From the sequence record DRR378314_483: 33,954 bases of DNA; one strand, given 5' to 3'. The position numbers were made by a program, and so were the translations under genes. The notes under the pieces are model-generated. The model did no database searches. It saw only the letters and a program-made list of their open reading frames with translations, and was not told the DNA's origin. The stretch's first letter is position 1. Every line of letters begins with the position of its first letter. This document shows positions 29,395-33,954 of this stretch, piece by piece.

Positions 29395-29964
29395 TTAACT
29401 ATTAGTACTTAATTGTTGTGTAAAAGACTGAGTATTTGAATCATCAGATTCTTGTTCTTCATCTACCTCTACCTCGGGTACACCTTGATCACTGGCGATA
29501 TCCGGTGATTCTAATGTTTTAATTAATGAAGGTAGTATTTCATAATAAAAATCACGGTTATATTCAATTCCCGCATAGGGTAATTCAGCAACAAAAAGAG
29601 AAAGTTGCTCAGCTAATTTGTCACGCTCACCGGTGACAAACGATTTAGTCAGTTCGCTATTTACTGTTGAGATGAAAGATTCGACAATTCGTTCTAAATA
29701 CAATAGGTTTTCATCACTATGAGGTTGTACAACAAAAAAGTTGCTAGCAATGACTTGTAATCGCGGAATATATTTAGGCCTAAGTATATGAGCCTCAGAA
29801 AAGTAATTTAACTTCTCTTTTAAATTGCTCGTTACTTCTGCTACACGGTTATTAAACAGCTTTTTTTCTGCCTCTCGTGCATTACGGCGGTTATTTTCAA
29901 TTACAAGGTATGTACCTAATAACGTTATTAATAACAAAATAGCAAAAAATACAACGTAGGTCAT
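29395..29964 (-). CDS. Hypothetical single-pass membrane protein
   Basis: N-terminal TM helix, charged helical segment, acidic C-terminal tail; AGGA SD. Confidence 0.75.
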   Translation of the reverse strand: MTYVVFFAILLLITLLGTYLVIENNRRNAREAEKKLFNNRVAEVTSNLKEKLNYFSEAHILRPKYIPRLQVIASNFFVVQPHSDENLLYLERIVESFISTVNSELTKSFVTGERDKLAEQLSLFVAELPYAGIEYNRDFYYEILPSLIKTLESPDIASDQGVPEVEVDEEQESDDSNTQSFTQQLSTNS

Positions 29965-30042
29965 CGCTAATAAACATTCCTGATTTATGTGATTATAAAT
30001 TTCTTGATATTTTGCGCTAAAGTATGAGTTAGCGCAATATAA

Positions 30043-30927
30043 TTAATACAAACGACTACCCCAATTTAGCTTTGTACGTAAAACATGATAGTAAGAGTAT
30101 TCTTTTGGATGAATAAGCCGAAGTCTTTTATCAGCCTTTTTTATCACGACTTCATCACCAGGCAAAACGGCCAACACAACATGACTATCACAGCTCACTT
30201 GTAAGCTATCCGTATTTTCTAAACTTAGTTTTAAGCGAACTTCATTATCGGCATCGACAACCAAAGGACGACTTGATAGGGTATGAGGAAACATTGGGAC
30301 AAGCGAAATAGCGTTCAGTTCAGGGGTCAAAATTGGTCCGCCGCCAGATAGTGAGTAAGCTGTTGAACCTGTGGGAGTTGAAACAATTAAACCGTCAGAA
30401 CGCTGAGAAAAGACAAATTCATTGTTTATAAATGCTTCAAATTCTATCATGTGAGCAACTTTATCTGCGTGAAGAACTGCTTCGTTCACAGCCGAATTTG
30501 CACTTTTGAGTTCAGCATGACGATAGACTTCAACTTCAAGCAGAAAGCGGTTTTCTTCGATAAATTGGCCACTTAATACTTGCTCCAAGCTTGCTTCAAA
30601 GCCATCGGGGTTTAAGTCTGTTAAAAACCCTAGGTTCCCTCGGTTCACTCCAATAACAGCAACATTAAAGCGAGCAAGTACACGTGCGGCACCTAGCATG
30701 TTGCCGTCGCCTCCAACCACAATTGCTAAGTCAGCTTTTTCACCAAGCTCAATTAATTTGACAAGTTTGTCTTTAGGTATATCGTCTATTTGCTGTCCAG
30801 TTCGTTGCTCAACAATAACAGAAAAGCCTAATGCATTTAAAAAAGTGTATAAGCGTATTAATGTTGCGGTTGCGCCATCGTGATTTACTTTTCCAATTAA
30901 GCCTATGGTTTTAAAAGGTGATTCCAT
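30043..30927 (-). CDS. nadK: NAD kinase
   Basis: [39 protein letters not shown]; start probably 30927. Confidence 0.97.
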   Translation of the reverse strand: MESPFKTIGLIGKVNHDGATATLIRLYTFLNALGFSVIVEQRTGQQIDDIPKDKLVKLIELGEKADLAIVVGGDGNMLGAARVLARFNVAVIGVNRGNLGFLTDLNPDGFEASLEQVLSGQFIEENRFLLEVEVYRHAELKSANSAVNEAVLHADKVAHMIEFEAFINNEFVFSQRSDGLIVSTPTGSTAYSLSGGGPILTPELNAISLVPMFPHTLSSRPLVVDADNEVRLKLSLENTDSLQVSCDSHVVLAVLPGDEVVIKKADKRLRLIHPKEYSYYHVLRTKLNWGSRLY

Positions 30928-30995
30928 GATATTCACGCAAATAATTATAATAATGCTAGAGTACTTAAAAATGAGTGAATTGAAAACCTCAGTGC

Positions 30996-31024
30996 CTTGA
31001 AATAACCTCTCTTTGCCCCGATAT
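30996..31024 (+). promoter_or_regulatory. sigma32-like promoter for the hrcA-like gene
   Basis: CTTGAA-N14-CCCCGATAT. Confidence 0.6.
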
Positions 31025-31052
31025 ATGTTTTATGCACCAAGATGTAGATAAT

Positions 31053-31997
31053 ATGAATATAAATCCTCGAGATCAGCAAATATTTTCCGCCGTTATGAGT
31101 TTGTACTGTGATGGTGAAGGCCTGCCTGTGGCATCAAGTAAAATTGCAAAGCAAAAAGGTATGGCAGTGTGCTCGGCCACCGTGCGTAATGCCATGTCTC
31201 GGCTTGAAAAAGTGGGGTTATTATACTCCCCCCACACATCTGCTGGACGCGTTCCGACTAATGCCGGTTTTGAGTACTGGTTAACGGAGTTTTTTGCGTT
31301 AAATGAGATAGCCCAATATTGGCACCCAGCGCAGTCAAAACTTGTAGAGTTAGCCCACGATTTAAGTCAACGTTTTAAAGTGTGTTGTTGTGTTGGCTTG
31401 CCTCAAGTCCGCTCTCAGCATGTTTTTAGAGTAGAAGTACTTGATTTCGATAGCAATGATTGGCTTATTTTATTGATTGATAGAGCTGGCCAAAGTCATA
31501 ATATTTGTATTCACAAACCGTCTGATTCATCAGACGCTGTTCGATATCAATTTGCGACTTGGCTGAACACGGTATTTAGTCAACAAACGCTGATGGAAGG
31601 CTTGTATCGTATGCAGGCAATGGCAAATACAGCGCCACGGAATTGCCATGATTCATTAACACAGTGGACCCGCGAACTAAGCCAAAAGCTTGGTTCAGAC
31701 AACAGTATTGTGGTAGGGGAAAACTACTTATATAAGCAAATGGATTGTCAGCAAAGTTTAAATATTGGCGTATCATTTTTAAATTATGTGGAAGATAAAC
31801 TGGCTTTCAAAAATGGTGTTTCTGTACTTAATTCAGAACAACTGCCATTTGAAGATTGCACTGAGTTAATGGTGATAAGCGTGCCGTATTTTCAAAATCA
31901 AGAATATCAAAGTCGTTTTTGTATTATTTGTCCAAAATCGGCGCAAATTGAAGCAATCATCCAAGAATTTAAACTAATCGAGTCATCTGACTCTTGA
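31053..31997 (+). CDS. hrcA: HrcA-like transcriptional regulator with divergent C-terminus
   Basis: PVASS, [17 protein letters not shown] and [11 protein letters not shown]-terminal HrcA motifs; lies between nadK and grpE. Confidence 0.75.
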   Translation: MNINPRDQQIFSAVMSLYCDGEGLPVASSKIAKQKGMAVCSATVRNAMSRLEKVGLLYSPHTSAGRVPTNAGFEYWLTEFFALNEIAQYWHPAQSKLVELAHDLSQRFKVCCCVGLPQVRSQHVFRVEVLDFDSNDWLILLIDRAGQSHNICIHKPSDSSDAVRYQFATWLNTVFSQQTLMEGLYRMQAMANTAPRNCHDSLTQWTRELSQKLGSDNSIVVGENYLYKQMDCQQSLNIGVSFLNYVEDKLAFKNGVSVLNSEQLPFEDCTELMVISVPYFQNQEYQSRFCIICPKSAQIEAIIQEFKLIESSDS

Positions 31998-32020
31998 ATC
32001 TTTTTATTCAATCCCCATAA
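31993..32020 (+). promoter_or_regulatory. sigma32 promoter of grpE
   Basis: CTTGAA (31993-31998)-N14-CCCCATAA (32013-32020), near consensus. Confidence 0.85.
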
Positions 32021-32055
32021 TTACCGCAATTGAAAAGAATTGGAGTACGTTTATT

Positions 32056-32664
32056 ATGTCTGAGCAGACAAAATCACCAGAGCAAGAAGTAGAATTAAAT
32101 GAAGAGTTAGAGCAAATGCAAGCAGACGTTGAAGCTGCGGTAGAGGCTGCTGATGCACATGAGGCTGAAGAAGTTAGCCCGGAAGCTGAAATCGCCATGC
32201 TTTACGCAGAGCTTGAAGCGGCAAAGCAAACAATCAATGACCAAAAAGATGGTGTTGTTCGTGCTGCAGCTGATGTTGAAAATATTCGTCGTCGTGCAGC
32301 TCAAGATGTTGAAAAAGCGCATAAATTTGCTTTAGAAAAGTTTGCTAACGAACTACTTCCAGTGATTGATAACCTAGAACGTGCAATTGAATTCTCAGAC
32401 AAAGAGAACGAAACACTTAAGCCGTTACTTGAAGGCATTGATATGACAGTGAAGAGCTTTAATGATGCTGTTGCTAAGTTTGGTGTTGAAATTGTAAACC
32501 CACAAGGTGAGCAGTTTAACCCTGAATTTCACCAAGCAATGTCTATCCAGCCAAGTAATGATGTATCACCTAATACAGTACTAGCAGTAATGCAAAAGGG
32601 TTACACTTTAAATGGTCGTTTACTTCGCCCTGCAATGGTGATGGTGTCAAAAGCCGCTGAGTAA
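32056..32664 (+). CDS. grpE: Nucleotide exchange factor GrpE
   Basis: [44 protein letters not shown]. Confidence 0.98.
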   Translation: MSEQTKSPEQEVELNEELEQMQADVEAAVEAADAHEAEEVSPEAEIAMLYAELEAAKQTINDQKDGVVRAAADVENIRRRAAQDVEKAHKFALEKFANELLPVIDNLERAIEFSDKENETLKPLLEGIDMTVKSFNDAVAKFGVEIVNPQGEQFNPEFHQAMSIQPSNDVSPNTVLAVMQKGYTLNGRLLRPAMVMVSKAAE

Positions 32665-32679
32665 TCTTAAATATTTTAG

Positions 32680-32709
32680 AAATGCCCGTTAATTACGGGC
32701 ATTTTTTTT
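32680..32709. terminator. Bidirectional terminator between grpE and the MFS gene
   Basis: AAATGCCCGT-TAATT-ACGGGCATTT followed by a T run. Confidence 0.85.
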
Positions 32710-33891
32710 GCTTTGTATTCGGTGCCAAACTTGAGCAAGCAAAGTTAGCACTAACGCACTGAACATTAAACTTGAAAAGGGCACGGCACTTTGCGCATGC
32801 ATTAATGCGAGTATTGGCCCAACAAGTGCACCGCTGCCAAAGCGTAAAGTACCAATGACGGCGGTTGCCGTTCCTGACTTTTCTTCAAACTGCATCAAAA
32901 TAAGTGCATCTGCATTACTGGCAATAATACCTAGGCTCATCATAAGAGGTGCAATAGCCGCCACTATAAAGTACAGCGATAAATGAAACACGCTAAATGA
33001 TAGCAACGCGCTTCCCGACATAAACCCTACAAACAAACCATAATAGAGCATCTTTCGAGAACCAATTCGCGGTACTAAACGCGTGTTTAAAAAGTTACCA
33101 AACATCAATGCCATCACATTAAACGCAAACAATAATCCAAATAGTTGTTCAGATACAGCAAAGTAATCAAGGTATACGAAGGGCACAGCAGTTAAAAAGC
33201 AAAAAAAGCCAAAAGAAACAAACATTGAGCTGGCTATGTCTGCGCGCGCATTTTTATTTTTAAATACGGTTTTATAACTATCAAAAAAAAGTGCAAAACC
33301 TGAAAGAGGGCTTTTAAATATTGGAATATCAATTAAGTATCTTTGAGTTAGCGCTAAAATAGTAAAGCTATAACAAGCGAGTACGATAAAAATCGTCTGC
33401 CAATGAGAAAGCCCCATTATCATTGAACCAACAGTAGGCGCCACGAGAGGAGCCACCATCATGATCATAGACACATAAGACATGCCTTTAGCCGTGTCCT
33501 TTTGATAAATGTGACGAATAATACCTGGCACAACCACTGTTGCTGCCGCACCAGTGAAAGCTTGAACAACACGCAAAAACCAAAAAAGGTGTATGTCATT
33601 ACAAAATGCTAAAGCAAGAGAACTTAATCCAAATAAGGCTAACCCGATCTTTGCGAGTATTCGCCGTCCTATTTGATCGGCAATCGGGCCGAAGAAAAGC
33701 ATGCCCAGAGCATAACCAGCTAGGTACAAACTGAGTGATATTTGTACATTAGGCATACTTGTATTGAGGTCGTTTGCAATAATTAGCATTGCAGGTAAAT
33801 ACATGTCGATTGCGAGGGGGGTAATAGCAACGATACTCGCTAAAAGAGGCAGTAAGATACGCTTGTTAAGGAGAGAAGATTGAATTTGCAT
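32689..33891 (-). CDS. Bcr/CflA (DHA1) family MFS efflux transporter
   Basis: IDMYLPA, GPIADQIGRR, RVVQA, APxVG; about 12 TM segments. Confidence 0.9.
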   Translation of the reverse strand: MQIQSSLLNKRILLPLLASIVAITPLAIDMYLPAMLIIANDLNTSMPNVQISLSLYLAGYALGMLFFGPIADQIGRRILAKIGLALFGLSSLALAFCNDIHLFWFLRVVQAFTGAAATVVVPGIIRHIYQKDTAKGMSYVSMIMMVAPLVAPTVGSMIMGLSHWQTIFIVLACYSFTILALTQRYLIDIPIFKSPLSGFALFFDSYKTVFKNKNARADIASSMFVSFGFFCFLTAVPFVYLDYFAVSEQLFGLLFAFNVMALMFGNFLNTRLVPRIGSRKMLYYGLFVGFMSGSALLSFSVFHLSLYFIVAAIAPLMMSLGIIASNADALILMQFEEKSGTATAVIGTLRFGSGALVGPILALMHAQSAVPFSSLMFSALVLTLLAQVWHRIQSKKNARN

Positions 33892-33954
33892 GCGCTACTC
33901 GTGAACAGAATTTGGTGCGCATTGTATACCCAAGCCACCTCAAGATGCGAGCGT

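Noticed and set aside
32745-32752. TTAGCACT CIRCE half-site
   Set aside because: Inside the MFS coding region, no matching right arm, and downstream of grpE

Overview
Mostly core chromosome of a marine gammaproteobacterium. Gene content and protein style suggest Pseudoalteromonas/Alteromonadales (inference). In order: LysE exporter, DUF2066-hda, pheS-pheT-ihfA, a DUF1801 protein, a DEAD-box helicase, a small accessory block (DUF3307 and SatD-like genes divergent from an NYN/LabA nuclease gene, then a membrane protein plus XRE regulator), an N-acetylglucosamine cluster (nagK-nagA-nagX, nagB) with two identical LacI-type operators, nudC-metC, an ABC-2 exporter with a PH-domain protein, a porin, an ACE-like M2 peptidase, an ERIC/MITE-like repeat, fadE, three small hypotheticals, recN with two SOS boxes, nadK, a divergent hrcA-like gene and grpE with sigma32 promoters, and a Bcr/CflA MFS. 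No rRNA, tRNA, transposase or CRISPR array was seen. The best candidate for an undescribed system is at 8469-10510: a SatD-like protein with nucleotidyl-cyclase-like Asp motifs and a C-terminal HTH, translationally coupled to a His/Asp-rich membrane protein. Its promoter is overlaid by three GTAAC-N8-GTTAC palindromes at an exact 28-bp period, and it is divergent from an NYN nuclease gene. A second candidate is a three-way-junction RNA structure in the nagB leader. Family names are assigned by motif recognition only; no database searches were run.
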